Shown: positions 7,685 to 18,598 of the stretch, piece by piece
Position numbering within the stretch: position 1 is the stretch's first letter
Layout: each line of letters opens with the position of its first letter
Assembly: GCA_964616145.1 (NCBI GenBank)
Contig: CAZTRD010000002.1
Location: 4,553-68,552, forward strand
DNA: 64,000 nucleotides
Origin: an uncultured Candidatus Saccharibacteria bacterium
GTDB taxonomy: Bacteria > Patescibacteriota > Minisyncoccia > Minisyncoccales > PEYH01
Direction: 5' to 3'
Notes under the pieces: model-generated
Told to the model about the DNA's origin: nothing
What the model saw: only the letters and a program-made list of their open reading frames with translations
The model's database searches: none
Made by a program: the position numbers and the translations under genes

Positions 7685-10519
7685 TTAGAATCCAGGTAGG
7701 AATCTAAAAATAGAATAGAAAATAGATACGTACATGCTATCAAATATGGAGCTTGATTTGTTGCTTACAATCGTAATATCGGTTTCTACATATTTTTGGT
7801 TGTAGGCAGCGGGGATAGCATCAGACCACTTTCCTTGATTTTTCAATCCCTTATATTCTCCTATCCATATTTTGCAGGGATTTGTAAAATCCTTGTTTGT
7901 AGGAATCTTCCATGCGACGGATTTTTTAGAAGCTAATATGTTATTAGCTATTCTGTAGTAGGTATTGCTACAAACTGCAGCCACGCTCAATCTATCCACT
8001 CCAGCGCTATCCCAAGGTATAGTGTATCTGCTTCCCTGTATCCATGTACTGTTAGGCGCAATCCCTGAAGTTATATATCTGCCTGTCAAGGTAAAATAGT
8101 CATCGCTTACATCCCAATAACCATATATCAATGAAGATGAATCTCCTTCTATGCTTAATTTGTATTTCCCTGGCTTGAGATAACCGCCGTATGGACATAA
8201 TTGATTTTCAGCTAAAGTAAGAGTGTATTTGCCGCTTATTGCTGGGATATTTTCTGCCACATAGCAATTATTGTTATTCTCTAAACTAATCAACCCCATT
8301 TTTTTTATGGTCGTAATCTCCCCTGTGCTTTTCCATTTAACCGTAATTGGCGTATTAAAGGATAGTTTTTCTCCTCCATTGGGATAAACTACGGTTAAAC
8401 TTCTTGCCTGATAATCTTCGGAGAACCAACCTCCTACGCTTGCTTTTTTCATATCAAGGTTAAATGAACAAGTTGTGCTAGTTCCTAAATTAGAGCAATA
8501 ATCTCCCCAGAAACTATTAAATCTATAGCCCTGATTAGCTATGGCCGTTAATGTGACGGCAGTTCCCGAAGCAAGCGATACATCGCATTTAGTTCCGCAA
8601 TCTATTCCAATAGAATCACTGATAATTTTCCCCATCTTCTTGTATTGGCTAAGCAGTTCAATATTCAAATGGTTCAATTCTTCGTTATTATCTTTCTCAA
8701 AAATAGCTTTTGCATCAATATTTTGATTGATTATTCCATTGCATTTGTAATAATCGCCACTACAGTATCCCCCTGACCAGCTAACGAACTTTGATCCCTT
8801 ATCGGCATTTGCGGTCAGGGTAAATTTCGTTCCCCCTTTCAATGTTTCCGTACAATCGGCTCCGCAATCTATTCCAGCGCCTGTTATCCTCCCAGAGCCA
8901 GTCCCCGATGTAGTAGCATTAAGAACGTATGAACCGCCAGTAGAATAGAATGTTGCTGTTACTATTTTATCATTATCCATTGTAATTACGCACTTTCCAG
9001 TACCAGAACAATGACCAGACCATCCGGCAAAATATGAATAACCCCATTCGCTGGGCTCTGCTGTTAAGGTAACTACTGTTCCCGGCGTGAATTCGTCATA
9101 GCAAATACCACCGCAATCAATTTTCCCTACATTGCTTTTGACAACTCCAGCATTTTTAGCATCTCCTGTTTTCTCGATTTTTAGGGAATTTAAATCATTG
9201 TATATATAAGAAGATATACTGAAATAATTGTCGCTTTCATCTAATATCCTGCTAGTTAAGGCATCATATATCCTGATTCTGTATAGGGTGTTGAATTGAG
9301 GAGAATGATTCCTGACATTCCAAAGGTATTTGCCAGATTCGGTAGGATAATTAAAGGTTAGCATATATACTGCGATGGGCGTGGCGGAATTTCCGGTAAC
9401 CAGTTCTATATTAATCTTAGATATTTCTTTTTGTATCCATTTAATCTCGTAGTCATAGTATTCCTTTAATTGCTCTCCCCCATTAGGGGACAATATTTGC
9501 AATGACGGTTCAATATTGGCATTTGCTGCAGTAACCGTAAAATAATTATCAGAAAGATCATATACGGAAGTATTCTGCATTGATACGACCTTAACTTTTA
9601 ATTTCTGCCCGACATAGCTGGATTTCGGCTCTATATATAGTTTATATTCTCCTATAGTAGTATCTCCAAGAGCTCCTGTTGAAACTCCTCCTGTCGGGAA
9701 ATTAGGAATTAAAGAGCATGTTTTAAAAAGTGTTCCTTTACAGAAGTATATTTTTACTTTTCCGGGGTTTTGCATTTTCCAGATAATAGAATGGGTCTTC
9801 CCGGCCTGAAGCATTTCTCCTCCATTTGGAGAAACAACTTTAATAGAAGATGTTGTTGGAGTAGTAGCCGTCTTATTAAAAGTAACTATCACTGTCTTCA
9901 TGCCACTAACTGATATCGTGCAGGTTGCCCCGGAAGTGCTAGTGCATCCTGACCAATTAGCAAAAGTTGAACCAGACGAAGGAGCTGCTTCAAGGATTAC
10001 AGAGGTGGTACTTGAATATGTTTCAGTACAATCTGATCCGCAATTTATCTTTCCATCAGTACTGGTAACTGTCCCTGAACCTGTTCCGCTTCGTGAAACG
10101 GTCAATGAATTTGTAACCGTATTGGATCCTTCTATTATCAACTGCAAATTAGATGTTTTGGTTACTGATCCTCTATTGGCAGTAAATTGAATGTAATACT
10201 TTCCAGGAGAAACATTTGGAGATATTAAGATCTTGGCGGTGCTGGTGCAGGTCGGGCTGCAAGAACTTGGGCTCTTGCTTAAAGTTACTCCATTAGGCAA
10301 TCCTGAAACGGAAAAGCTGACTGATGAAGATTTCCCTGAAAGCAATGAGGTTTGAATGTATATCGTCTTAGTAATATTAGTTGTTGGCTTAGCTGTAGTT
10401 ATCGCTCCAGGCGTAAGTGTAATTGAGAAATTAAGGCTCGTCTGGGCTTTAACGGTAAAACTAAAAAATGTTATTCCCAAGATTAGGAATAAAACTGCAA
10501 AAATCGATTTTTTTGTCAT
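7685..10519 (-). CDS. large secreted surface protein with at least four B-repeat-like modules (G.IDCG..C.E....V.LTA....F..WSG)
   Basis: N-terminal signal/TM segment and S/T/G-rich linkers. The CGxxC...LTA...WSG module recurs about four times; 944 aa. Confidence 0.55.
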   Translation of the reverse strand: MTKKSIFAVLFLILGITFFSFTVKAQTSLNFSITLTPGAITTAKPTTNITKTIYIQTSLLSGKSSSVSFSVSGLPNGVTLSKSPSSCSPTCTSTAKILISPNVSPGKYYIQFTANRGSVTKTSNLQLIIEGSNTVTNSLTVSRSGTGSGTVTSTDGKINCGSDCTETYSSTTSVILEAAPSSGSTFANWSGCTSTSGATCTISVSGMKTVIVTFNKTATTPTTSSIKVVSPNGGEMLQAGKTHSIIWKMQNPGKVKIYFCKGTLFKTCSLIPNFPTGGVSTGALGDTTIGEYKLYIEPKSSYVGQKLKVKVVSMQNTSVYDLSDNYFTVTAANANIEPSLQILSPNGGEQLKEYYDYEIKWIQKEISKINIELVTGNSATPIAVYMLTFNYPTESGKYLWNVRNHSPQFNTLYRIRIYDALTSRILDESDNYFSISSYIYNDLNSLKIEKTGDAKNAGVVKSNVGKIDCGGICYDEFTPGTVVTLTAEPSEWGYSYFAGWSGHCSGTGKCVITMDNDKIVTATFYSTGGSYVLNATTSGTGSGRITGAGIDCGADCTETLKGGTKFTLTANADKGSKFVSWSGGYCSGDYYKCNGIINQNIDAKAIFEKDNNEELNHLNIELLSQYKKMGKIISDSIGIDCGTKCDVSLASGTAVTLTAIANQGYRFNSFWGDYCSNLGTSTTCSFNLDMKKASVGGWFSEDYQARSLTVVYPNGGEKLSFNTPITVKWKSTGEITTIKKMGLISLENNNNCYVAENIPAISGKYTLTLAENQLCPYGGYLKPGKYKLSIEGDSSSLIYGYWDVSDDYFTLTGRYITSGIAPNSTWIQGSRYTIPWDSAGVDRLSVAAVCSNTYYRIANNILASKKSVAWKIPTNKDFTNPCKIWIGEYKGLKNQGKWSDAIPAAYNQKYVETDITIVSNKSSSIFDSMYVSIFYSIFRFLPGF

Positions 10520-10587
10520 AATTATAAATTAATTATTAATATATTATATCTCTTTAGAGACAATATAGATAATATTAGTTATCCACA

Positions 10588-11655
10588 CTAGGCATTGCTC
10601 TTTATCTCTATTACATCCCCATCCTGAACTATATATTCTTTACCTTCTGTTCTGATCAATCCTTTTTCTCTTGCCTGGGCAAATCCTCCTGCACTTAACA
10701 ATGCTTCCCAATTGATAACTTCTGCTTTGATAAAATGAGATTCAAAATCGCTATGTATTACTCCCCCTGCCTGAGGAGCAGTGCTCCCCTTCTTAATTGT
10801 CCAGCTTCTTGTTTCATCTGGACCAGTAGTTAGAAAATTAATTAGATCAAGCAATTTATATGATTCTTTAATCAATGTTTCTATCTCCAATTTTTCAGGC
10901 AAACCAAATGTTTTTCTTTCTTCCAAACTAATTTCTGTGGCATCAAATTCATCTAAAATATTAGCTATGATATATGTTAAGTTCTTTTCTTTGAAATAAT
11001 CAGTAACTTCCTGCAGAACTTCTGCTTTTGAACCATTCAAAAGATATAATCGTTGCTTCATTGTAAGCAACTGATAATTGTTTATAGTTTTTCTTTCCTG
11101 CTCTTCCCAGGAAAAATCAGCTAGAAGATGTCCATCCTGCAAAATCTTTAATACTTTATCCAAAACCTCCATTTCTTTAACAGCTTCTTTTCTCATGGCT
11201 TTTACATCTTTCTCCACTGCTTCAATTCTTTTCTGGACTGTTTCTAAATCCTTTAAAGCCAGTTCTGTTTCTAGAATATCTTTTTCTCTGATTACATCAA
11301 TTTTTGTTTGAGTGTTTACAATATTTTCATTTTTAAAACAGCGCAATACATATACTATCGCATCTACTTCTCTGATATTAGCCAGAAATTTGTTTCCCAA
11401 GCCCTCTCCCTTGCTGGCTCCGGCAACAAGGCCAGCAATATCTACAAATTCAACAGTAGCATATATTTTTTTAGCGGAATTGGTTAATTCCGCTAATCTG
11501 TCTACCCTTTCGTCCGGAACAGCAACAACACCAACATTAGGATCTATGGTGCAAAAGGGATAATTTTCTCTAGCTACCTGTTTTTTAGTAATCGCCTGGA
11601 AAAGGGTTGATTTCCCCACATTAGGCAATCCTACGATTCCTATTCTTAAAGACAT
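10588..11655 (-). CDS. ychF: ribosome-binding ATPase YchF (Obg-family GTPase)
   Basis: IGIVGLPNVGKSTLF G1 motif, a coiled-coil insert and a C-terminal TGS-like domain; 355 aa. Confidence 0.85.
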   Translation of the reverse strand: MSLRIGIVGLPNVGKSTLFQAITKKQVARENYPFCTIDPNVGVVAVPDERVDRLAELTNSAKKIYATVEFVDIAGLVAGASKGEGLGNKFLANIREVDAIVYVLRCFKNENIVNTQTKIDVIREKDILETELALKDLETVQKRIEAVEKDVKAMRKEAVKEMEVLDKVLKILQDGHLLADFSWEEQERKTINNYQLLTMKQRLYLLNGSKAEVLQEVTDYFKEKNLTYIIANILDEFDATEISLEERKTFGLPEKLEIETLIKESYKLLDLINFLTTGPDETRSWTIKKGSTAPQAGGVIHSDFESHFIKAEVINWEALLSAGGFAQAREKGLIRTEGKEYIVQDGDVIEIKSNA

Positions 11656-11691
11656 ATATTAATTTCTAGCAGAACTTACCTATTCTTACAA

Positions 11692-13764
11692 TTATTGTAG
11701 CATTCCCGTTGTCAACGGATTATAGTTCATTTTCATCTCTTCTCCATCAGAATATCCATCTTTATCCGTATCTTTATTCTTCGGATCAGTCCCAAGATAT
11801 GCTTCAAAGGTATCGCTCAAACCATCTTTATCGCTGTCTATTTTATTCTGAGCTTTAGCCTCTAATGATACATCTGTTTTATCGCTGGTGTTCAATCCAG
11901 ATGCATAGATTAATCCTGAAGCACCGCTTTTATACAACAAATATGATAACCTGCTTCCTGGTTTGTATACAGGAATTACCATCTGATATGTTAATTTGTA
12001 ATTATCGTCAGCTGTCTTCTCATATCCGTATGCTTGCTTGGTAAAGATATCTTGAGGAATATTTTTCAATAATGGGCTGGAGTCCATCGATGAGCTGGTT
12101 GGATAAACTACTTCTAATGTATTCCCTGTCTTTTGAGCACCAGTATTTAATTTCTTTATCTCTCCCCTAGTCAGTTTTAATTGATCCAAGAAATCAGGAT
12201 ATTTCCCAGCTAGATTTTTGAAAGTGCTCAAATCGTATCTGAGGTCGTAAATATTATTCTCCTGCTGCTCAAACAAATATTCCTCTTTACTCATCCCAAC
12301 GATTGATAGATATGCATCTTCCATGCTCATTGATTCTGTGGGAATAATAATATTCGTATCTTTATTGATATTCTTCAAATTTATAACAAGGGATAGCACT
12401 ACCATATTTTCATTTTTAGAACCCTCCTCGGGAACTAAATTCAGGGAAAAAGATGCTTTTACCGGATATCCGGTACTTCTGGAAATATATACATCTACCA
12501 GATATTGCTGATTAAGATAATCAATCAATAATAATGTTGATTGAGAATTCAAAGAATCAAATATTTCCTGATCAAATTTGATAATTGTCTTGTCTTGGAA
12601 TTTAAGTTGCAAAGCATTAGTAATATTAGTGTAAAAAGAAGGTAGTTTGTCTTTATTCACTTTAAACTGGTAATGATACACTTTTTCTTTGTCTAATATC
12701 TCTTTTGTCGGTTCACCTGCCAATTGTATTATCTCATCTTGCTTCGCAATGTTACCGATAATCTTCAATTGTTCCGACAAAGAATCTACTTCTTCTTGTT
12801 TTTCCGAAAATTCTAATGGAATATATCCATAGGAAGAAACATTGTCTAAATCATCTTTTGATATTTTAATCCATTTTTCCTTGATGCCAGATAAATTAAT
12901 GAATGGTAATCCCGGGAAAGCGTTTAATTTAAAATATATCTCATCATTTTTAACCAATGATTCCGCCTCTATATTCAAAATTAGATCCTCGTAATTGATA
13001 TTTGCCCCTATTTTTAATGTTGCGGCATTATCCTTTTGCAAGCTTCCCGATGTGCTGCCCGTAAATGAGAAATCGCCAGGTAAGTTTCCGGCTAATCCGA
13101 TCAATGCATCATACCAATATATTAAAAATGGTTTTGGGGGAGTAAGGGTTGTCGTATATGGACCATATGATTTCTCATTGAAAGTTATTTTTGTATTATC
13201 TTTTGAAGCATAATAATATACCCTATCTAACGCTGCTTCTGTTTCAAAAGTAACTATCAATGAGAAAGTTTTTCCGTCAGAAGAATATTGATATGGTTGT
13301 CCGCTGGGATCTTGCAACTCAATCCCTGCATCTATTAATGTCTTAGGATATTTTTTCTTTGAAAATTGATATGTTCCTAATTGGGAAATTATATCTCTGG
13401 TATTTAATAACCTAACACTATCTCTCTGGTATATCATTGATAAAGCATCGTATTCAGAATCAGAGAACACAAAGACCTTTGAATTAGCATCTTTTGCGGC
13501 TGATTTAAGATTTATTGAAAAATCATATGTTAATGTTTCTATCGTTGATAGTCTTTCTACCGCTTTGTTTAATAATGCAGCGTAATTAGAGTCGACAAAG
13601 GGCCATATCTTAAGAAAATATGCCGCAGCTACTAATCCAACCAGTAATATCACAGCCGCTCCAACGAATATAAGGCCAAGTGTTAAATGTTTATCTCTTT
13701 TAATCTTTGGCCTTGAAGCTAAAGGATTATTAGGATTAAATGAGTAATATTGATCGTTTTCCAT
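11692..13764 (-). CDS. hypothetical membrane-anchored extracytoplasmic protein with C-terminal Asp-rich calcium-binding repeats
   Basis: TM helix near the N-terminus. C-terminal DSDKDGLSD...DKDGYSDGEE repeats (thrombospondin type 3-like); 690 aa. Confidence 0.45.
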   Translation of the reverse strand: MENDQYYSFNPNNPLASRPKIKRDKHLTLGLIFVGAAVILLVGLVAAAYFLKIWPFVDSNYAALLNKAVERLSTIETLTYDFSINLKSAAKDANSKVFVFSDSEYDALSMIYQRDSVRLLNTRDIISQLGTYQFSKKKYPKTLIDAGIELQDPSGQPYQYSSDGKTFSLIVTFETEAALDRVYYYASKDNTKITFNEKSYGPYTTTLTPPKPFLIYWYDALIGLAGNLPGDFSFTGSTSGSLQKDNAATLKIGANINYEDLILNIEAESLVKNDEIYFKLNAFPGLPFINLSGIKEKWIKISKDDLDNVSSYGYIPLEFSEKQEEVDSLSEQLKIIGNIAKQDEIIQLAGEPTKEILDKEKVYHYQFKVNKDKLPSFYTNITNALQLKFQDKTIIKFDQEIFDSLNSQSTLLLIDYLNQQYLVDVYISRSTGYPVKASFSLNLVPEEGSKNENMVVLSLVINLKNINKDTNIIIPTESMSMEDAYLSIVGMSKEEYLFEQQENNIYDLRYDLSTFKNLAGKYPDFLDQLKLTRGEIKKLNTGAQKTGNTLEVVYPTSSSMDSSPLLKNIPQDIFTKQAYGYEKTADDNYKLTYQMVIPVYKPGSRLSYLLYKSGASGLIYASGLNTSDKTDVSLEAKAQNKIDSDKDGLSDTFEAYLGTDPKNKDTDKDGYSDGEEMKMNYNPLTTGMLQ

Positions 13765-13791
13765 AATAATTGATAATCATTTATTATATCA

Positions 13792-14217
13792 TTATTTCAA
13801 AAAGAGAAAACAACAAATAGCTATTAAAAATCCAAGTTCTACAATCCAACCCCAAGAAAATTCATTCTGTATTCCTAGATGAAAATCAAAGAAAATGCGT
13901 TTCAATAGTTTTTTTCCTGTAAAAATTTCTATAATAAAGAAGAGGTCTGGAAAAAGAGATAGGATGAATACCCCTATTATTAAATATATGGACGGAGAAA
14001 AGTAAAGAATAAAACGAACTAGAAGTATTATTGAAAGGATTAAATCCGTACTGCCTAAAATTATCTTTTTAGATTTTGATATCTTTGGAATATCAAAATG
14101 GGGTATCATATCAACCACCCAATGGCTTAAAAAAGCCAATATTAGAACCTGAAAAGGATTATTGGGAAATAATTTTACGATTAGTAATCCTATCGCTGTG
14201 TGTAAAAGAAAAGTCAT
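13792..14217 (-). CDS. integral membrane protein (YdjM/DUF457-like metal-dependent hydrolase family)
   Basis: About four TM helices and conserved His residues (HTAIG...SHWVVDMIPHFD). Confidence 0.4.
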   Translation of the reverse strand: MTFLLHTAIGLLIVKLFPNNPFQVLILAFLSHWVVDMIPHFDIPKISKSKKIILGSTDLILSIILLVRFILYFSPSIYLIIGVFILSLFPDLFFIIEIFTGKKLLKRIFFDFHLGIQNEFSWGWIVELGFLIAICCFLFLK

Positions 14218-14223
14218 ATTTTT

Positions 14224-14862
14224 CTATTTCTTTAAAATAAAGCTGTTAGCAATATTGGAGAAGGTTTCTGTATAACCAGCCCAATCGCTTGCTGTAGTAT
14301 TAAAAGATATTACCCAAACATCATCCCCCTTCCCCTGAATAACCACTATTAAAACCTTAAAGTTTACATTTTGTTGAATTAGCTCTGCCTCTATTGCATA
14401 GGCGGAGCTTTCATTTATCACAAGCTCTTTTTCATTTGAGAAAATAATGTTTGAAATTGTTTTTCCTAATCCATCTTTAACAGCCTGCATGTATTCTTTT
14501 AATGATTTACCTCCTAAGGCATCTTTACTTACAGCAACATAGCTTTTGAAATTAATAGCTTTGGCTGCCGGATCTGTGATATTTTCTTTAGAATTAACAG
14601 CCATTGCAGTTATACCTTCAATCGCATCCGTTTTTATCCAACCGGCTGGCAGATTTAAAGAGAAATCGTTTGTTACTAGTTTGTTTTCGGTTTGTTCTGT
14701 ATTCGAAGAATCCCCTTCCTCAATATTTTCTTGATTATTCGGTGAAATTTCGTTTTGATCGATACTCTCTGGTTTGTTTTGTCTAAAAACAAAAAAACCA
14801 ATCAAGATTAATACTGCGACAATTAATATAATAATAGCTAAAATTATATTTTTGTTTTTCAT
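14224..14862 (-). CDS. hypothetical secreted/membrane-anchored protein
   Basis: N-terminal TM/signal anchor; no recognisable motif. Confidence 0.35.
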   Translation of the reverse strand: MKNKNIILAIIILIVAVLILIGFFVFRQNKPESIDQNEISPNNQENIEEGDSSNTEQTENKLVTNDFSLNLPAGWIKTDAIEGITAMAVNSKENITDPAAKAINFKSYVAVSKDALGGKSLKEYMQAVKDGLGKTISNIIFSNEKELVINESSAYAIEAELIQQNVNFKVLIVVIQGKGDDVWVISFNTTASDWAGYTETFSNIANSFILKK

Positions 14863-14867
14863 GTTTT

Positions 14868-15905
14868 TTAATTAATGGTTCGTTCAGGAAATATTGTTTT
14901 CCCAGTATTAATTATCAGCATCTTTCTATCCTTTGGCAATTTATCTTCAATCTGAAGCATTAAAGCTAATCCAGCTATACCAGAAGGTTCGCAATCAACT
15001 CTATTTCCCCTGGCTATTTCCATAGCCTTATCCAGGTAAATTTCTTGGATAATGAATACATTCGATTCAGCTCCTATATATCCCTTTTGTATGGCTAGTT
15101 TGATCCATCTGGTATCAAAATGCACAAAAGGACGATGGGGAGAATATAGTTTATCAGCTTTAGTATTCGGATTGTTAGTAGTAGCTCCAAGGAAATTACA
15201 ATTTTTAATATGTTTTGGATCTGTTTTTAGGCGTTTATCATGAAAAAATAAATTCTTTGCCTCCTTCACTGCTATATTTACGATGTTCTCATAAAGATTA
15301 CCTGTCCCGTACGGGATAAAAACATAATCAGCAGTTTCATTGAATATTTCATAGCTCATCCAGTCGTAGAAAACATCAAACGGTCCCAAAGATATGTCAG
15401 AAGTAATATCAATCCCATTGATATTGTTTGTTATTTCTAAAATATCATTTGTAGATAAAACACTTTTAGAAAGATCTGTTTCATATATCTCACATCCTAT
15501 TTTTTCTAGCCCGTTTTTTATCTCTTTCTTTGTTCTGTAATCAATAAGAACTTTAAGATTCGGTAGATTATATTTTTTAAACATTTGCTGAACCGCATTA
15601 GCGGCCGAGCCAGAACTGATAATAGACATCCTAGGCAATTCTTCAATTCTTCCTGCCTTTTTAGATTCTAATAATCTTTTATACGTTACAACCATTTCCC
15701 AAGCCATTCTGTCTTTATGAGTTCCTGTTGGATTAACACTTTCATCTTTTAGATAAACATTATTAAAACCAGGAACAGAAATCTTTTTGGTTGGGGTTGA
15801 GGGCCAATGAGGATTATCTGGAGGAAACTCCGGTTTATCCGGCTGATCTTCAGACGGCACCTTAATAGATTTTAGAATATTTTCTTCTATTTCTGTTAAA
15901 GCCAT
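14868..15905 (-). CDS. PLP-dependent enzyme, fold type II (Trp-synthase-beta / threonine-synthase superfamily)
   Basis: NPTGTHKDRMA matches the PLP-lysine motif xPTGSFKDR; 345 aa. Confidence 0.55.
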   Translation of the reverse strand: MALTEIEENILKSIKVPSEDQPDKPEFPPDNPHWPSTPTKKISVPGFNNVYLKDESVNPTGTHKDRMAWEMVVTYKRLLESKKAGRIEELPRMSIISSGSAANAVQQMFKKYNLPNLKVLIDYRTKKEIKNGLEKIGCEIYETDLSKSVLSTNDILEITNNINGIDITSDISLGPFDVFYDWMSYEIFNETADYVFIPYGTGNLYENIVNIAVKEAKNLFFHDKRLKTDPKHIKNCNFLGATTNNPNTKADKLYSPHRPFVHFDTRWIKLAIQKGYIGAESNVFIIQEIYLDKAMEIARGNRVDCEPSGIAGLALMLQIEDKLPKDRKMLIINTGKTIFPERTIN

Positions 15906-15910
15906 ACGTT

Positions 15911-16486
15911 TTAGAAACTGTCCTTTATCTTCAAAACCATTTCTTCTAGATTCTTTTCTATATCAGGATTAAAGCCATTTTCAAAAATATCATTTAAATT
16001 TCCATTCAATTCGCTTTTTGATTGAAAACTTTTAGCAGCAATGATATTAACTCCTAAAGTTTTAACAAAATTATCCGTCAGATTTTTTAAACAAACGTCT
16101 ATTTCTTGAATAACATCTGCTCCAATAGCGATAACTATTGCTTTTTTATTCGATAAATCGGTTTTTGAAGTAAAAAGGATACTACATCTGTCTATAAAAT
16201 TCTTGAATAAACCTGTGGGCATCTTAAAATAATTTGGTGAGATAAATACATAGCCATCGGCGTTTTTCATTTTTTCAAGAATCTCTGACATATCGTCTTT
16301 TTTAGAACAACCCAGATTTTTATTACAAAATTCAACACAACCGTCACATTTTTCAATGTTCTTTTCCCGTAATAGGATAATTTCATTATCTATTCCCTCT
16401 TTTTCAAATATTTCCTTAAGCTTATTTAAAATTGTTTCTGAATTCCCTTTTCTTGGACTGCCACAGATACTTAATATTTTTGGCAT
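15911..16486 (-). CDS. flavodoxin-like NAD(P)H-dependent FMN reductase / iron-sulfur flavoprotein family
   Basis: N-terminal ILSICGSPRKGNS flavodoxin-like FMN-binding loop; CDGCVEFC cysteines. Confidence 0.55.
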   Translation of the reverse strand: MPKILSICGSPRKGNSETILNKLKEIFEKEGIDNEIILLREKNIEKCDGCVEFCNKNLGCSKKDDMSEILEKMKNADGYVFISPNYFKMPTGLFKNFIDRCSILFTSKTDLSNKKAIVIAIGADVIQEIDVCLKNLTDNFVKTLGVNIIAAKSFQSKSELNGNLNDIFENGFNPDIEKNLEEMVLKIKDSF

Positions 16487-16773
16487 ATTTTTAAAAAGAT
16501 TGCTTTGGATATTTGCGAAATACTAAAACTTACAATGAAAATTTATATCTTGAAATATTTTTCGGGAATATCGAAATGATCTCTATCATCATTAATTCTT
16601 GTTAATTTTATTCCGAAAACCGAAAATGTTAGAAGGTATTCCATGATATCAGTATGATTAATATATCTTTATGCATGTTGAACGCTATGTGTGTATAAAC
16701 CTATTGACCCATATTCTTAGTATGTTATACTTAAATTGGTCGAGGGGAAATCCTCGCCCATCAAAAACGGACT

Positions 16774-17604
16774 TCATCCATAAAAACGGAAGTCTTTTTT
16801 TGTTTCTTTCGGAAAAAATTTTAATCCAATCCCATCTATTTGAGGTCCTAATCTATCTTGATCGGACGAAGCGATAATGGTGGAATGATAATAAAGTTTT
16901 GGGGAGGAAATTTTATCGAACCATTCATATTCTCCTGCTTTTTTATTGTATTCAAAAACATTATAAATCGGATAACAAAATAAATCCGCAATTTGTATTC
17001 CTACTGTTAGTTCTGAATCTGAAAACAGAATCTTTTCTATAATTCGCGGGCAAGGTTTCCAAAAACCTCCTTTTTGCCACCTCAATAATTGGTGGGTATT
17101 ATTGAGCTCCTTATCTATTTGCTTTTTATCAACTACCCTACCCTCTCTTGGATCAATAATACACAAACCAAGAGCGTTTTTATATTGTAAAAAAGTTTGA
17201 AATCTTTCCAAGAGAAAAATATATGCGATCTCGTATGGGTTTTGAGATGGATATTGAGTCCAATAACCCTTTTTATCAATTATTGAAGAAATTAAAATGA
17301 CAGGGATAGATTTAAGAAAAGCCTGAATATCTTTTTGCAAAGCAGCATATTGAACTTTATCGTACAATTTTATAGGAGAAGACTTATTGGGGTCGGTAAT
17401 ATTTGGGTTTGCATATCTTAAAAAATTAGATTTTATTTCTATATCGGGATTCTGGTAATATTTTTTCTTTATACATCTAAGTTGTGCCTCAATCTCTTGT
17501 TTATCTTTTTCATCGATAATACACCCAGAAACAACTAAAACCTTGCTGCCACCTTGTTCAAGCATTGAGGTATCCCCGGATTCATCTATATACATTAAAT
17601 ACAT
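16774..17604 (-). CDS. DUF3800 family protein
   Basis: MYLMYIDESGDTS N-terminus is the DUF3800 hallmark. A bidirectional hairpin (GACTTC/GAAGTC with T tracts) sits at its 3' end. Confidence 0.6.
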   Translation of the reverse strand: MYLMYIDESGDTSMLEQGGSKVLVVSGCIIDEKDKQEIEAQLRCIKKKYYQNPDIEIKSNFLRYANPNITDPNKSSPIKLYDKVQYAALQKDIQAFLKSIPVILISSIIDKKGYWTQYPSQNPYEIAYIFLLERFQTFLQYKNALGLCIIDPREGRVVDKKQIDKELNNTHQLLRWQKGGFWKPCPRIIEKILFSDSELTVGIQIADLFCYPIYNVFEYNKKAGEYEWFDKISSPKLYYHSTIIASSDQDRLGPQIDGIGLKFFPKETKKDFRFYG

Positions 17605-17773
17605 AAATTGGATTTAATTTCTTCTTTTACAAACTCTCGTTAACCGCTCTGCTTATCCCCTGTTAACTTCTATCAACGATGCTAACCATCGTGAACAACG
17701 TTAAAACCATAATCCAGAGGTCAAATGGGTATGTTTACATACCAGATCTGAATCTAAAATGATTATTAGGGAA

Positions 17774-18508
17774 TTAAGGACCATAGGAGTCTACCTTATC
17801 TTGCTTTATTTCTCTCCTTTTCTTTTCCATCTCCTTTTTCTCTTTATCATTATAAAAGAAAATTGCTTTGTCTATTTCTTGCATATCCAAATTAATACAG
17901 TCAAGAAACTCTTTAAATTGAGTTATTGAAACCAATTCGATAAAGTACCTACGGTTTGGCGAGCCGTAAACATTACCTATTGTTTCTTTTTGAAGAATAG
18001 CATTTTCTAGATAAATCTTATCATTCTCGTTTTTACAAAATACTTTCCCATCGAAAACAACTACCAAATAATAAATTCCTCTTTCCTCTGATGTGTCCTT
18101 TCTAAAAGCAGAAAAGGATTGTAAGTTTTGATTAATCGCTTTATATAAGTCGTCACGGCCATCCTTAATTTTAAATATATTTTTATAATCATAAAAATGG
18201 AGTTTTCCATGCTCCTCTATCTCCGAAATTACATCGCAGGAAATGTTATAATTCAATATAAAATTTCCGATTTCATTTACCCTATCATCGCCTAAATATA
18301 TTTCCGTTTCTTGCGGTAATTCTTTACACTCAATAAACAACCTAGAAACATATTTAATATCATCATTATTCTCTAATCCGAAACGTGTTGCAACTATGTC
18401 TTTTTCTCGTGGCTTACTCGTAACAGGATCTTTATAATCCGCCCCTGATAATATTTTCCAACCTTCCCTTTTTAGGATTAATTCTGTTTGTTTTTCTAGA
18501 TTAGCCAT
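17774..18508 (-). CDS. hypothetical protein
   Basis: ORF only. Confidence 0.35.
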   Translation of the reverse strand: MANLEKQTELILKREGWKILSGADYKDPVTSKPREKDIVATRFGLENNDDIKYVSRLFIECKELPQETEIYLGDDRVNEIGNFILNYNISCDVISEIEEHGKLHFYDYKNIFKIKDGRDDLYKAINQNLQSFSAFRKDTSEERGIYYLVVVFDGKVFCKNENDKIYLENAILQKETIGNVYGSPNRRYFIELVSITQFKEFLDCINLDMQEIDKAIFFYNDKEKKEMEKKRREIKQDKVDSYGP

Positions 18509-18598
18509 AAAAATTTAGATTAAGAATATAGATTTCCATATTTATATCCCAGACTTAAGCTCTCAGCTCTAATTTATTATAGTTTACTCTTTTTCGAA

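Noticed and set aside
16773-16805. Hairpin GACTTC...GAAGTC with flanking T tracts as a plus-strand terminator for ORF 16671-16877
   Set aside because: That small plus ORF lies antisense over the DUF3800 3' end and has no support. The hairpin more likely terminates the minus-strand DUF3800 gene, acting bidirectionally.
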